NCBI RefSeq assembly: GCF_000150275.1
Contig: NW_002060972.1
Span: 438,500-502,499, forward strand
Length of the DNA: 64,000 nt
Reading direction: 5' to 3'
Origin: Trichoplax adhaerens
Taxonomy: Eukaryota; Animalia; Placozoa
This document shows, piece after piece, positions 41,001-53,888 of the stretch (positions are counted from its first letter, which is position 1; every line of letters begins with the position of its first letter). The notes under the pieces were generated by a model. It did no database searches and was not told the origin of the DNA. It saw only the letters and a list, made by a program, of their open reading frames with translations. A program made the position numbers and the translations under genes.

Positions 41001-43884
41001 AATTATTAAGGGATTATGTTAGGCTTAATTCGGTATCGATTCACTTTCAACATAATTGAAAAATTATAAAACTAATTCAACATTAGTGGTACGAGCTAAT
41101 TCATCCATTATTTACCTGTTATGATCATCATAAATCTATGGCATACACACTTAATTATGAAGAAGATTAGTTCCACCAGTACATTTAATGCAAGAAACTA
41201 ACCAGACTATCTAATTATAATTGATTGATGAATGGATAATTATTCACCATGATATAGATTGAATAGTTACGGTCTACAATATATTGTTATTAATTTCAAA
41301 GTTGTATTTTGATTACCGTCGATTGTTCACCTTATAAAATCTAGAATTTCAAACAGACTAGATGATTAATGAAGTTTTGTACTTGGCTAATTTATTTAAT
41401 TTGGACTGTAGATAATTTGCTCTAATTTCATTTTCAGTTTAATCGGCTCTGATATCTGTGCCGCTGCAGTCCTGATCTCTTTTGGAGCTGTGCTCGGCAA
41501 GACATCACCATTGCAATTAATGGTCATGGCACTCCTTGAAGTTATATTTTATGCTGTCAACGAAACTATATGCTTTCAGTATCTAAAAATTAGTGATATG
41601 GGTGGATCTATCGTTATTCATGCTTTTGGAGCTTACTTTGGTCTGGCAGTCGCGCTAGTAATGAACAAAAAAGAGGCAGTTGATAATCCAAACGAAGGAT
41701 CTTCTTATCAATCGGATTTATCAGCAATGATCGGTTAGAGATGATTTAGAGTGTACATTCTATAACATTTATCGCGTAGTCACGAAATTTCAAATTTTAT
41801 TCAAGGTATACGTCTAGAATTTAGCAACATCAATCTTTAAATTTTATTTTATCAGTAACACTGGAATTTATAGATGTACTGTATTCATTCCAAAAACTTA
41901 GATAATTGATTTCAGTAAATTTTGCTAATATTGAGCAATGACTTTTAGCTAAACTATTTAGCGCTTAATGATTATGTAATACATTATGTCAACTACTATA
42001 CAAATATCGGCGAGTTTGCTAATACTTTTACAAAAATTGTTGTAAATGGTCTATCATATTGTCGATTATTTAGCATGAACAGCAAATAATACTTTTCTCG
42101 CTGGCAATAGGTACTGTCTTTCTTTGGATATTTTGGCCTGGCTTTAATGCAGGCTTAGCATCAGGAGATCAGCAACAGCGAGCTGTCTTTAATACTTACT
42201 TTGCATTAGCAGCTTGCACATGCACTAGCTTTGTTATAAGCTCGCTTATTGATCGTGAAGGAAGATATCGAATGGTAAGTGAACGCTATTAATTTACAGT
42301 ATAATCGCTTCAAAATTTGCTTGCAAGATGACTTTGAGCTTTCTTTAAATTTATTATAGACTTATTGCTTTGCATTTTGACTTAGGTACACGTACAAAAT
42401 TCCACTTTAGCTGGAGGTGTTGCCGTTGGTGCTTCTGCAAATATGCTTTTGCCTATTTGGCTAAGCATGCTAACGGGTATCATTGCCGGTATCATCAGCG
42501 TCATTGGATACGACTATATTACGGTAAGCTATTAATAGTAATATTCAGTAGCTGCTAACATCTTACCTACAGCTACTTTGTAGAGTCTAAGTTAAAATTA
42601 AACGTGTCATTTCATTTTCTTTAGCAGAAATGAGTACTTTTATGTCGTGAAAATGATATTTTCATTTATTGCGTAGCAGAAAGAGAGAAATTTTATTATA
42701 TTAGCGCAATCACTCAGTTTGCTCAATGTTAAGCTTCAATCAAAGGGTACTCTTACTCCTTATTTTCGATTTAGTTTCGCTGCATCCTAAGACAATTGAA
42801 TGTTTGATTTCGATTATTAATTATAATTGAAATATCATTACCTGCATCAATCGTCTATTAATTCATGAGTAATAAATTTGCTAGCATATGTTTAGCTAAT
42901 ACAAAGATCTAGCCGTTTCATTATTTAGATACAGAATAGATGGCATAGATAATTAAGGAAATTAGTTTATTTTCATTGTCACTTTTCTCTGATTTGGATC
43001 AATACAGCCTTTTTTGGCTAAGAAACGAATTCATGACACATGTGGTGTGAATAATTTGCATGGTATGCCAGCCTTGATTGCCGCAATACTTAGCATCATT
43101 ATGGCATCATTGGCCCATTTTAATCAATACGAACAAAGGCAAGTTCGTCGGGATTATAATTTTAACAATTCAATTTCTGATAGCTATATAGTGACGAAAT
43201 TTGGCTGATTTAAACCCATTAATTGATAGGACTAACTATTGATCTATTTTAATATGATATGCCTAACAGCTTATACAGTATATTCCCTGCTCGAACTCCA
43301 TCAAATCTGAACATGACTTTACCAGCTGGTGCTATAGATATTCCTGGTGAACCTGTAACTGCAGCAGGGCAAGCTGGCTTGCAAGCCGCTGGAATTGGAG
43401 TAACACTAGCTATCTCCATCGCATCTGGATTAATTACAGGTAGCTCTGCTTCTCTATGTTTGCATATTTATATGCATCTGCGAAAAGTCATGTGTACTTA
43501 TTGATGCTATTGCATCTTCAGTGAATACAACTGTATCTTAGTATTTACCTATATACCTCCTCCATTTTCGTTAGGTTGTATCATCAGACTGTCAATATTT
43601 GATGAAGTCCGTACCGAAGATTACTATCTAGATTCTCCACATTGGGAGGTAATATGCTGAATGGTTACGGTAGTTTTCCTACATTTCTAGGGCCAATTTG
43701 GAAATACTAGTCATTATGAAAGTAGAATTCGCGTTTTTCATTCATTTACTGATCAAATAATATTTAAATAATACTAGTCTGATAACATAATGTGAAACTA
43801 ATATAGATTCCTGATGAGGACGATAACATTACGGTGACCCAGGATGACCGAGGAAGCAAAACCAAAACTTCGGAAGTGGTATAA
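38065..43884 (+). CDS. Rh: Rh-family (Rhesus/Rh50-type) ammonia channel, paralog 1; 9 exons, 461 aa
   Basis: Exons 38065-38209, 38595-38784, 41438-41733, 42111-42274, 42386-42523, 43008-43138, 43270-43439, 43575-43648, 43807-43884 (1386 nt, phases consistent; intron 6 has a GC donor). Motifs [86 protein letters not shown]; twin His present. Confidence 0.95.
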
Positions 43885-46800
43885 TGATTAAAATCCACCC
43901 TCAGTCACAACGCAAATACATAATAATATCGTATCGATTAAAGGCATTTTAGATGATTCCGCAGCCCTTTTCGTCGCCCAATAACGCCGATACCAGAAAT
44001 AGAATAACTGTCTCAAGCATCTTACAGGAATACCTCAAAGAAGAATGGGTACTGGAGATATCTAGCGCAAACTCGTTAAAGTTTACTATTGTTATGTATT
44101 ATCGGTGAACATTATGTACGCGTACTCAAGGTAGTAACTGATTATATATTATTTCTTTTAATATATCGATATTTTTGAGGAGTGATATGTGAAAGAAAGT
44201 AGTACACCTAGTTTACAAAAGCAGCTTACAGGTATTATCGTATCTCGATATTAATTGGAAAGCTATCCGAATCTTTTCAAAATCCGATTTTTATGTACGG
44301 AGAAAATACACTGCCAGTTTTTACTTATCATGTTCAAGGTGTTACTTTAGATAAATTTAGTTAGCTTGGAATTAGAAATATGGTATAAACTAGCTGCTTA
44401 AATACAGTTGAACTTTCAAATTCAGTAAAAGTGCTTATCTATTAAAAAAATCAAATACATGTTAAAGATAAATGATACATGATAAAATTGGTAGGCTACA
44501 TAGAGAATCTGAATTGAACACTAATATCCTGTTTGGATGACTAATTATTACTTAGAATATAAATAATATAATTGGATTAAAGGAATGAAGTAAATTTATA
44601 TTTGGCAAATTTTTGACTGCTCATTCCCAATAATGTACTGTTTTTTGACTCTATAATGGTTGAAATATGATTCAATTTAATTATAACTTCAAATTATATC
44701 CTGTAGTAATATGGTGCGGATTCCGCTATACAATAGAATTTTATAATTCTACTGCCGAAAATAACTTCGCTACTGTATAATTGAGCACTCAGGGCTTGGA
44801 GTATCGATCACCTGTACATTGAAAGACGATCACATTACTTTTTCTCTTTAGGAGCCACTAAATATTGTCACTATCTATAGTTTCATGTGTTTGAGTAAAC
44901 CAAATCCGTTAGGTTACCAACGAGTAACAAAATCAAATCTGAGATTTAATTCTAGTCAAAAACTCTACCATCTTCCTAATCCTGTCTCCCTCTAGATAGG
45001 CTGGCATAGCCTTCAATATTTCTGTTTTATGCAGTCCTATTCTAGCATAAATTATCAATTTAAGATAATTACACTTTTTGAAGAACCATATCTAAAATCT
45101 TGATAATTAATACTTATGTTAGTCATCGTATCAGCAAATAATTACCGCAACATGAACATAACACTTTCTAAAATATAATGGGTAAATTTGGTATTAAGCC
45201 GTAGCTAATAGAGCATAATTGAAGGATGTTAGTATTATAAAAAATTTGATTTTATTTTTACTTCAGCCTAAGTGATACAGCTATTTTTGATTGCTTTAAT
45301 AAATTGTCACTTTTAATATAGGATTAATCCTAACGTTTGGCTAATCCCACTGTAATTAAACATAAACTGTTTCTTACTCCAATTATTCTCTCAGGTAACA
45401 TGCTTAGGTTAATCTTGGGTCAATTAGCTGCTGCTATAGTGTATCATGAAGTACAAAATTGGTTACTTTGACAATTATAAGATTCTAAGAATGAATGATA
45501 AATTAATCTCTCATCCTTCAGTGGTATAAACATTATTTACTCCCTTCACTCTTCTTATGTAAATAACTTGTTTTAAGGCTACATCATATTGTGAATTTGG
45601 CAATGCTATCTGCTAGCTGAACTTGATATTAGCAGTCTTTAAAGAGCGTTAAATCTTGAGTTGCAATAAAATCATTAGTATTTTCTTATAGTAATATTGG
45701 AGATGAAGCAGTTACATAAATTTTAACTCGTTTACAACAAGGTTTTAGCCAAATCATCCATCAAGTACGTTAATGTGCTTCAAATAGTAGATGATATCAT
45801 CCCATGATATTTCTCGAGAATTTAGTAAATACTACAGCGGTGACCCTTAAATCTATTTTTTTTCCAATCCTGATTCGAATTTTGGTCAGAATTATGAACC
45901 GAATGACCGAAGATTTTCATCACAGCGCCAATAAAAGTAGCTTACAGCTGATCTCAAACAGCATTCTGTGAATATATCAGTTCAATCAGCTCATATCTAA
46001 TCTTTCTTTGCGATTAAAGTCTTTTGAGTAATCCATATTAGATACCGTACCGTAAGCATGATTATAATTTCACTAGAGACGTACAATTTTAAAATATGTT
46101 ACATTTTATAACTACTTCAGTACCAAACAGAAGAATAGCGAATTCAGCTATCATTTTTATAAAAGTTATCAACATAATTACCCACTTAGTGGTCTAGTTT
46201 TAATTAAAAGCTAAGAATGATTTATTATTTATAAAGTTTCCACGTAATCCAATAATAATGGCTTGAACTACATCTGGCTCGATATTTAGCTACAAAATAG
46301 TTTATATTAACAAAACTGATTTACGTAGCATTATCGTTACTATCAGTAAGAAATAGCTGCTGGCTAGAATTCTAGATCGACTAATAAATAGTATAGTTTT
46401 GATAAAGGGAATAATGCCTTGATTACGTGAGCATTTAAAGGCATGATCTCTAAATGTCTCTATCATCATGATAGAAACTACAAAGTAGATCAGAAAAGCA
46501 GAAAGAAATGAATTATAGATACGCGTCTAATCAGGATATATGAGCTAAAAGAATTGCTGGTGTAAATTTTCGATCGTTTTCATTCGTATTATAAAAGTAA
46601 AATCAGTTTATGGAGATTGCAATCAAGCTATTTTACAGCTGTACAGGAATAATGAGTACAATAAGTCTACTAGGGAAAAGAAGCATTTTATCTTAGTATG
46701 AAAGGTAACTTTATTTCTTGAAAGCTTTGCTAATTTAACGTCTATACACTTGCTATAGATCATAATAGCTATTAAAGGTAATTAGGTAAGTAAGAATGTA

Positions 46801-47250
46801 GCGTAACTCAAGTTTGGAGTGTCTAACCATTTTTAACTAAGGATGTAATTCCACCTTAATTTTATCAGATGCCTTTTCTATCTATAACGCTGCGTAGTTT
46901 AGTTGCACAAACTTCATAGACCGATACAAAAATAGTGCAATATAGAGAATTTTACACGATGCTCAATTTGGGCATCGCTTGGTATGGACTTCTAGATTTA
47001 GAAGTCTATGCATTTGGTCAGGTTCTGTGTGAAATCCATATTCAATGTGTCTTCAATATTATCATTTTTAACAATGATTAGATTAGAAACATATGTTACT
47101 GCACGAGAATGACAAAAGCAGAGATGAATTAGGAAACACTTTTCGGCTGGTCTACTATCGCCCTTATATCCTCATTTATTTCATCATCACGACTCACGAG
47201 ATGCACTATATTGTAAGTGATTCTACATCTATTACATTAAACTTATATCA

Positions 47251-47407
47251 GACTCTAATCTTGATCACATCCAAATCATAGTTATCTTCGACATTAATCA
47301 GGATGATATCCGAATCATCGTTATTTCAGACGCTAATCTTAATTACATCGTAATCATCAGCATCTTAGACCCTAATTTTAATTACATCCAAATCGTCGTT
47401 GTTTTTT
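47251..47407. repeat. Four diverged 39-bp tandem units (13-codon period)
   Basis: GAC-anchored units start at 47251, 47290, 47329 and 47368; consensus about GAC.CTAATCTT.AT.ACATCC.AATCATC.T.AT.T. Confidence 0.8.
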
Positions 47408-48053
47408 GACCTTCACGTTTCCTGATGATCCCTGATTGTATTCTCCAGCAGCTGTGAGTGGCATAAGAAGTAATAGTTGTATCCAATCATGTTGTATCGC
47501 AGGTTAAGCGATAGATCAATTACCAATCATCGTCCAGAATAAGATATTATTCATCATGTTTATTATCCAAATTAATAGTTAGATCATAGTCTGTAATAAA
47601 AACTACTATCATGATACAACCAATTAAATAGCAAGGCTGACTAGTACTTTGTTCTGCCATCGAATGATTACCACGCCCCTCGATCGGCTAGCTGTTAGCA
47701 TTTAGAGGCTAGTGCTTGGTGGCCAGCATGCATCTCTAACTGAACTTACTGCTAAAAGCCATATTACTTTTACAGTTCGTTCTTGAAATTAGCCCATTAG
47801 AACCGACCTTGACTGGTATTGTAGTGACGTCGGTGAAAAGTTAACAGTGCCATTGCTACAAGCGTTGCTGAGGCAAGAAATCAAGTCAAGACTATCCGCT
47901 ATTTTTCTATTAGATACAGTATTATATCTAAAATTGATTAGATAACGGAATTGTCCTACATTATCAACCTTTTAGTCGTCAATATTACTTCCACTTGCCA
48001 GGCGAACTAGTAGAATTAAGCATAAACCAACAAATTAATTAGTCTACATCATC

Positions 48054-51000
48054 ATGGGATTATTGAGCCGTAAATTAGTCATTTTAATGACTGTCTTTGA
48101 GATTGTGGCACTTATTTTATTTGCAGTCTTCGTCCAATTTGATAGTGTTGCTTTGCCAACCTCTCATGCTGAATCTTTTCATGGTGTATCTTATGCAAGT
48201 AAGTATGGTGCAGTTACAAACTAGGCAAGAAAAAGTAAAAATTAGCCTTAAATATGTCGATTATTGTCTGTCTACATTAATGCAATTAAACATGAATCAT
48301 GACAAAATCTTCGTTCTTATATGCTGTAGAGAAGGGATGTTAAATCACATTAATGCTGATACTAAGTTGTACCGATGTCTTATAAATTAGTGAGCCCATG
48401 ATTATACGTTCCATGATGCTTATATATGTAGATAACTGTTAATTTCCTTTCCTGATAAGAGCATGAATAAGATCGCTGTGATACTAATTGACCTTGATGT
48501 ACTCCTTTGTCTATATTGTATTGATAGCTATTTCTGAGGAGATCACCATAAATATGCTGCAATCCAACTTTCTTTCCTGATTTTTCGTGTTAACCTTCAT
48601 TTCCATTTACTTTGCTCTATACTTATTTTAGTGTTTCAAGATATTCATGTCATGATCTTTGTTGGCTTTGGCTTCTTAATGACATTTTTAAAGAAATATT
48701 CCTTCAGTAGTGTTGGCTTTAATTTACTTTTAGCCTCTTTTGTAATCCAATGGTCAACTCTCACCCTGGGGTTCTGCCATTCTTGGTCTAATTTTAGCCA
48801 TATACTTATCGATACCGAATCGTAAGTCGATTAATGAACGAAAGATACACTATTAATATGCTCCAATAGTGAATAGCTACTGTTGCTCTTATACGCCAAT
48901 TTCACACTTGATTTAAAGCCTTGACTTTATGTACCTCATCTATGACGTTAAAATTAATGCAGATCAGTTTTACGTCTCATTTTTATCTGGCCACTTTATC
49001 CTAAACGAACTATTTGGTAGTCACTTTTTGCAAAACTTTTTAGCAAAACCATACGCTACTTTGGATTAATTCTTAATGCTAAACTACACAGATACATATA
49101 TATTTTAACGGCATATGTTCACTAATGTTAACGTTTAAGAAGACTTATGGCTGACCTCAGCAAAGAATAACTGTTGTAATTGATTATTGTAGCCCAAAAT
49201 GAAATGAGTGATCTAAAGTTATCGTTGCAAGCGTTAGATATTGCATAGTTGCAGTGAAATTGCTATGTATCATTGACTCTTTGATCGATTTCAAATTTAC
49301 AGTACCGTAGAGATGAAAGTAGAATTGAGGCTTGGTGCTCAAATATCCAGTCTTAGTATTAGATTTTAATTTACGATCGATGGAGTATACTCTTATACTT
49401 GCATAGTAAATAGATCAAATTGAACCATACGGTTTCAATGAAAAAAACAATTAAATTGTGGTAGTTGGCCTGTATGGAATTGTTGTTTTAATGCAAATTC
49501 CCTTTAGGAATTTGCTAACTTGGGCGCTGTTTTTCACCTTTAATAATTTTGTGAAAAGGTGGATGTCAATGATCAACAGTAAAAGTGATAGCGAGTTAAT
49601 TGATGAACTCACAAGCTAGAGTCGTTTTCTTTGCAAAGAGGCAATGATAACACCTGCAAAAAGCACATGAGATTAATTTAACGTATTAAAAATTAGCACA
49701 CCAGCAACTAAGTAACTAAGTAATACACTACTTAACTACGTAAATGTAATTAAATTCCAGCAGTACTGAGTTTTGTTCGATACAGGGACGAAGACTACTG
49801 AGACTAAGTTTAATTACATAAAGTACGTCAGGTTAATACGTTCAGATAAATTTTTAGGAGATGGAAAATAAGAGTCGTAATTTAGTTTCTAACAGATTTT
49901 TCTCTTATTTCAAATATCATGTTTTTATGGGATGGTATCAAGCAAATGTCCCTAAAAAATTAATTTAAAACAGATACAGCTAATATCTTAGCCGAACTTT
50001 AGCGATTTTTTTGTTAAAATTTTCCTCTCTAGTTGCTATAGAGTATTTTAAATGATTCGCTATCCATATAAATTTGATACTTATTACATTTTTACCGCTT
50101 CATTTGAAATGACAGTTTAATTGCTGCTGACATATGTGCAGCTGCAATATTGATCTCCTTTGGAGCTGTACTTGGCAAGACGTCAACTTTGCAGCTAATT
50201 GTTATGGCATTTTTCGAAGTTATATTCTATTCCATCAACGAAACTTTATGCTTACAGTATCTAAAAATTAGCGATATGGGTGGATCTATCGTTATTCATG
50301 CATTTGGAGCTTATTTCGGTTTAGCAGTTGCCTTCGTATTATATAGTAGAGATGCAGTTGGTCATGCCAACGAAGGATCTTCCTATCAATCGGATATATC
50401 AGCAATGATAGGTTAGTAAAATGATGCAGCATATTTTAACTTACGATTCGATAATAAATGGTTTCCTCAAATATCAAATGCATAAAATAAGATAAGCTAT
50501 TTCTTCAATACTTATCTATCTTTGGGGATATATTTACTTTCAATGTTGATAGTCAACGAACAAAAGTACCCTTACCTATCGAATAAATTAAATACTTAAG
50601 CCTAATCAAGAACTTTTAAGGGTGCTTTTTGTCTTAATTAAAATTATCAATGATTTAAAGGAATTATGTAAATTGAAAGTTTTTGCTATACAGTGCATAA
50701 TTTAGATTCTAACTTGACTAAACTTGATGATCTAATTCATCGATAAATTTTAATGACCAATATGACCATAATTCCTAAAGTAAAGCAAAACAGGTTAATC
50801 AATTCAATTGTTGAATAATACTGTAATTATTCGTTTGATGAACTTTCACGGTACTATAAATTAACGATGAAAAAAGACAATGGTTTTACGAGCGATAAAG
50901 AACTGTTAACTTCGCTTAAACAACAATAATAGGAGCTGCTGAATGTTAAATATAGACTACATTTCTTTTATATACGTATTGTACCGTCTTAGTTTAATTT

Positions 51001-53157
51001 AATTATTAATTACATATTAACAAGTATCATATGGCTAATATATTGAAGTTTCTATATAAATTATTTTTACACCATCATAGGAGTACAAGCTATGGAATAG
51101 CTATCAGTGAAGGAATTAGGATAAATTTTAACAACAATATTTGCATACATTAAAGCGTTTTTAAAATATTAATTGTATCTAATTGCAAAAACGGTACAAA
51201 TTTTCCATTATTTACTGAGGAATATTCCTTTTTTGTAGTAGTTTTTTAGATTTACTAATATTATAATAACTTAATCACACATGTTCTCTTCAGTTATTAA
51301 CTTACAATTTTGATGTCTTAGGCAGTAATTTTTACTAGAATTAGTAATATAATATTTTTGACGATAGGTACCGTCTTCTTATGGATATTTTGGCCAAGTT
51401 TCAACGCCGGCTTAGCGTCAGGAGATCAACAGCAACGTGCCGTTTTCAATACTTACTTTGCATTAGCGGCATGTACTTGCACAAGCTTTGTTGTCAGCTC
51501 ACTTCTTGATCGGGAAGGAAGATATCGAATGGTTAGTCCATTTTGGCAACTAATATTTTACACTAAACCTATGCGAAAAACTCTTTATAGATTGTACAGA
51601 GCATTATTTTAAAGCTTATTCCTAAGTTACTGCATGTTCTTTAATTTTATCTAGGTTCATATACAAAATTCTACTTTAGCTGGAGGTGTTGCTGTTGGAG
51701 CCTCAGCAAATATGCTTTTACCTATCTGGCTAAGCATGTTGACCGGTATTATCGCTGGTGTTGTCAGTGTTATTGGATACGATTACATATCAGTAAGTTA
51801 ATATGTTATACTTTTAATACTGAAAGTTATAGCTACAGCAGTAAATATTTTTCAGACGAAAAAGGTTACCTCTCATGAATACCGGGATTTGCAAGGCAAT
51901 TATTAGTTGTAGCTTGATAAAAGTTCTCATACACCTTCCAAAGCAATACAGTATGTCATATGTTCATGGGCTGAAGATAGATATTCCAATTAGATATACA
52001 AGTACTGCCATTGACTAGTGATGGTTTAACGCCTATGAATATAAATTTTTGGACGAGTTATTAGGCTAGCGTATTATTTTCATTACATCTTAAGTCTACG
52101 TATGTTATGAATTTTCAAAATAAATTAGGAAAATAATAACGTTATATGATTATATTGAAACCCTATCTTGTTTCTATAATAGTCAATTTTGATAATGGCG
52201 TATTTTATGCGAGTATCACGAGCTAGACATTGCACGGTACTAGCAATCATGATTATCTGACGAAATTGTATTGATCTTATTTCTGCATTTGCACCAATCT
52301 AGCCTTTCTTAGCAAAAAAACGAATTCATGACACTTGTGGAGTGAACAACTTGCATGGTATGCCTGCCTTGATAGCATCAGTTCTAAGTGCGATTATTGC
52401 GGCAACGGCTCATTTCAGTAGTTATGGAGAAAGGTAAATATTGTTATAGATTTTTACTGCTCGTTTAAATAAAATGATCATAACTAGTCACTGTCGTTGA
52501 TGCGACAAAATGATAATACTGTTCACTATCATATTGTAATTTATAAACAGCTTGTACAGCATATTTCCCGCTCGAAAACCAGCAACTCTGAACATGACCC
52601 TTCCAGTTGGCGTAGTTGATATGCCTGGCGAGCCACTATCCGCTGGAGGACAAGCTGCTATGCAAGCTGCAGGTATTGGTGTGACCTTGGGTATCTCCAT
52701 CTTATCTGGACTAATAACCGGTAATATTCGAATAAGAGCAAGCTATTATCTGTTACTGAACTTAAAAGATGCTTTAGTAGTCAAATTCTGAATCAGCACT
52801 TCTAAAGGTTATTATCCTAATTTACATGATCATTAAAATCATTTCCACTAGGTTACATTATCAAATTTTCGATATTCGATGATGTAGATAGCCAAGATTT
52901 CCACTTAGATTCGCCACATTGGGAGGTAACAATAAAGCGTTAACATTTTCGGTTAAAAATCGGAATCTATAATAAACATATACCAATGGTTGTATTTATA
53001 TTTGAAACTTCCCTATCTAACTAACTTCAAATGCTTTTGAAAATGAAATAACTAACGGCATAATATTTAATCTTAGGTTCCAGATTCCGAAGACGCTGCT
53101 AGAATGACGCAGTATCGCCTCCGAGATACGGTCAAGTCCGTTGAAGTGACAGTTTAA
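48054..53157 (+). CDS. Rh: Rh-family ammonia channel, paralog 2; 9 exons, 462 aa
   Basis: Exons 48054-48198, 48632-48821, 50116-50411, 51368-51531, 51655-51792, 52303-52433, 52551-52720, 52852-52925, 53077-53157 (1389 nt, all GT-AG). Exons 1-8 have the same lengths as in paralog 1. Motifs [48 protein letters not shown]. Confidence 0.95.
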
Positions 53158-53872
53158 GCTTACAATTTCATGTGAGTATTAGATACATTTAGTTAAGGTA
53201 TTTGGCTTTAGCATATAATCTACTACCACCATTTGAAACTGTATATAAAACACGTTGAAAACGTATTAAGCATTTCGCCAACGACGCATGCTTTGATCTT
53301 GATTAGTATGTAGCATTAAACAGCGTGCATGTAGAATTATACTTTAGCCCTAATTTCAGTGCACCAATGTTGTAACTTTAAAGAGTTGTTAATTTACTGA
53401 AGAGTATAAATTACTAGTATTACGTAATAGTTTACATGATCATTCACGCTTACAATATTCTTAATTGAAGATTAACGTACATTTATCGCATTATGTTGAC
53501 TATCATTTATAGGTGGATTCTATCAAGTCCAGGATTTCTTTACAGAACATGTTCAAATGCGTACGTAGATGATGGATCAATTTTTACAAATTGTGAGCGT
53601 TCATAGACAATGAAATATGGTAGATTCTGCTTGAAATTAGGGTTTAAATAAATGACTGGTTGATAATATATTATGCATAACAGGGATTACAACATCTGAT
53701 TTAGTCCCGCTGCTACTTGACGCATTGTAGGATAAGCTATTTAATTGATAGGGTTTTTTATTAAATGAAAGTAGATAATATAATTAAATTCGTTAAATAT
53801 ATTTTGCATATTGATTAATGCATTACCTATAATCATACTGTAGCAAAAGATACAACCGGGTGATCGATAGCT

Positions 53873-53888
53873 CAATAAAATTTTATTG
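53873..53888. terminator. Candidate bidirectional poly(A) signal: palindrome CAATAAAATTTTATTG
   Basis: AATAAA on + (53874-53879) and on - (53887-53882), about 700 bp from both the Rh2 stop (53157) and the AMPD stop (54586). Usage is not demonstrated. Confidence 0.35.

Noticed and set aside
47251-47407. 39-bp repeat as a neuropeptide precursor
   Set aside because: No signal peptide, no Gly-Lys/Arg amidation or dibasic cleavage pattern, and no start codon.
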